Of a stretch of DNA of 64,000 bases, positions 62,324 through 64,000 are shown piece by piece (the first letter of the stretch is position 1; each line of letters opens with the position of its first letter). The stretch covers positions 2,852,001 through 2,916,000 of the forward strand of contig NEEC01000009.1 in assembly GCA_002189035.1 (NCBI GenBank), given 5' to 3'. The DNA is from Utricularia gibba. Lineage: Eukaryota > Plantae > Magnoliophyta. The notes below the pieces were generated by a model. It worked only from the letters and a program-made list of their open reading frames with translations. It made no database searches and was not told where the DNA came from. The translations under genes were made by a program, and so were the position numbers.

Positions 62324-64000
62324 TTATGTGGACGTTTCAGATGCGAAGTTGAGGTTGAGGGAGATGGGCATGAGGCAGAGGCCTTTGCCCTGAAGGTACT
62401 GCATCGCCGCACCCATATCCTCCTCCATCAGCTTCGCCACCTCCGCCTCGTGCGCCGCCGTCGCTTCCCTGTCATCACCCTGACATCAAGAAAGCGACCA
62501 GTCAAGAAAAGCGGCCAACCCCAGTAGAGGAATCTTGGATAAAGAAAGAGGGCGCATGCTGTGGATGGCATCTTTCCCGCTTTGGGCGGAACGCTGCAAC
62601 ACATCCTCCTCAGCTGAGAAAAACAAAGCTCTTTATGCATGAAAGCCACCTAAAGCTATCCAACAGTGAGACTCTTTATCTTCCATGTGCCCACGCATTG
62701 ACAACAACGATGGTTTTTGTACGGTGTGTCAAACAGGTGCAGTTTACACAGAGAGGATAAAAAAATGTACCCGCTGAGACTTGCCATTAGCTGCTACTGA
62801 AGAAGAAACACCATTAGCAGGGGGACAACATCCTAATCTGCTCATACTCAGAACCTATATATATATTTCACAGTTGAGTGAAGAGATGATGCGAACTGAG
62901 ACATACAGCAGTTGCAGTAAAGACATACCTTGACTTGAAGCTGGAGGAACTTGACATAGTCGATGATCTCTTCGAGCATCAAAGCCTTGTCTGCCTGTTG
63001 TTTGAAGTACATCAGTAACACTGATCCTGAATTCAACACGACTAGCACGAGAATTCAGGAGTAAAGAAGAAGCTTTTTCTACTTGGAAGCAACAAACCAG
63101 CGCGTTTTCCTAGGAACACTGCTACGTAACTGAAAAAAGTGGCATAAAGCAGAGTGAGTGGAAAGTAGGGGATTTGGGGAGAGCGACCTTGTTGGCGTTA
63201 GGTAGAAGCTCTTGCAGTGCCTTCATTCTCTCTGCAATTCTCTCTCGTCGTAACTGCCCATGTTTCAGATTAATCCGCAGCATTGAACTCCCCAAGCAAA
63301 AAAGTGAACAAGCATGTAAGAAAAATAAGAAGGGTTGGTGATAAAGCTTTCGTACTCTCTCGGCGATGCTGTGGGGTCGGTAGCCTGTCCTCTTCTAGCC
63401 CTCACCCTCTGACGTGACTGGGTCATGGTGTTTCTCCTGCAAGATCCGATTGCCGTGGCAGTTGGACTCCCGGAATTCTGGGTCTGTGGCTGAGCTACTG
63501 CCTGGAAAACGGTGAAACAGTTATAATAGGCTCTGATTTGATGCTCAATGGGAAGCGATTGTTCAAGGAAACCGGAGGGTGGTTGAAGGAATTGAGTTTC
63601 GGGCAAGAGACCCTTGGAGCAGATCTGTGGAGCCAACGCCGTTCGTCGGTGCGTAAACCTCGAACGCTAGTCAAGAACTCAAATTCCGGGTTTGATTTTT
63701 ACTCAAGGAAGATTAAAAATTAAAACGGCGGAGCAGAATCGGAGAACGGAGAGATACCCTTTCAGTGACGTCGTTCTGATCAGCACTAGACGTCGGTCCA
63801 TTGCCGGCGGTGAGTCCCCTTGGTTGCGCCAACTGCTGTTGAAGAATCCGCGAGCTCGCCTCTAAATGTTTAATTTCCTGGTGCACAACCACCGTCGGCA
63901 GGTGGTCACCCGAATTCCCCAGCGCGGCAAGCGGCTGCTGATCTTCCCCCCACGGGAACGCGGAAGCCGGAACGGATGAAAGCATTTTCTCGAGAAAATC
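62324..64000 (-). CDS. LRL-type bHLH transcription factor (subfamily XI), 5' end beyond the window; one -1 frameshift as sequenced
   Basis: DFLEKMLSS...[14 protein letters not shown](H)[43 protein letters not shown] and the LRL motif [29 protein letters not shown]; TAA at 62324-62326. Confidence 0.9.

Noticed and set aside
1-64000. Transposase, reverse transcriptase, viral, organellar-insert, rRNA, tRNA or CRISPR features
   Set aside because: None were recognised in any frame or at the nucleotide level.

Overview
Gene-dense eudicot nuclear DNA with short introns and no recognisable transposon. The compact, apparently asterid-like genome is an inference; the species cannot be fixed from the sequence. 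Protein genes in order: golgin-84/GC1 (-, 3' end off window), PP2C-cNMP gene of the plant PKG type (+), RRM protein (+), legumin-like bicupin (-), ALB3 (+), MSH7 (+), zinc-knuckle TIPIN/Csm3 (-), a conserved plastid protein (-), IPMI small subunit/LeuD (-), EBF F-box (+), DAD1 (-), GH17 beta-1,3-glucanase (+), ANTH clathrin adaptor (-), BOP (+), COA6-like (+) and an LRL bHLH (-, 5' end off window). Five microRNA hairpins are not explained by the ORF track: one MIR396 and four MIR156 within 43.9-60.2 kb. Three MIR156 copies carry the same non-canonical mature sequence (A19G) with a compensatory change in the star arm. They flank a divergent BOP gene, and the fourth copy is canonical, inverted and bulge-free. 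Other notable observations are a LeuD whose 5' leader, start codon and first ~30 codons are homologous to those of the unrelated neighbouring gene, a PKG-type gene with no kinase domain, an extra intron in BOP, a perfect 228-bp tandem duplication inside TIPIN, and three -1 frameshifts in G/C homopolymers that are probably assembly errors.
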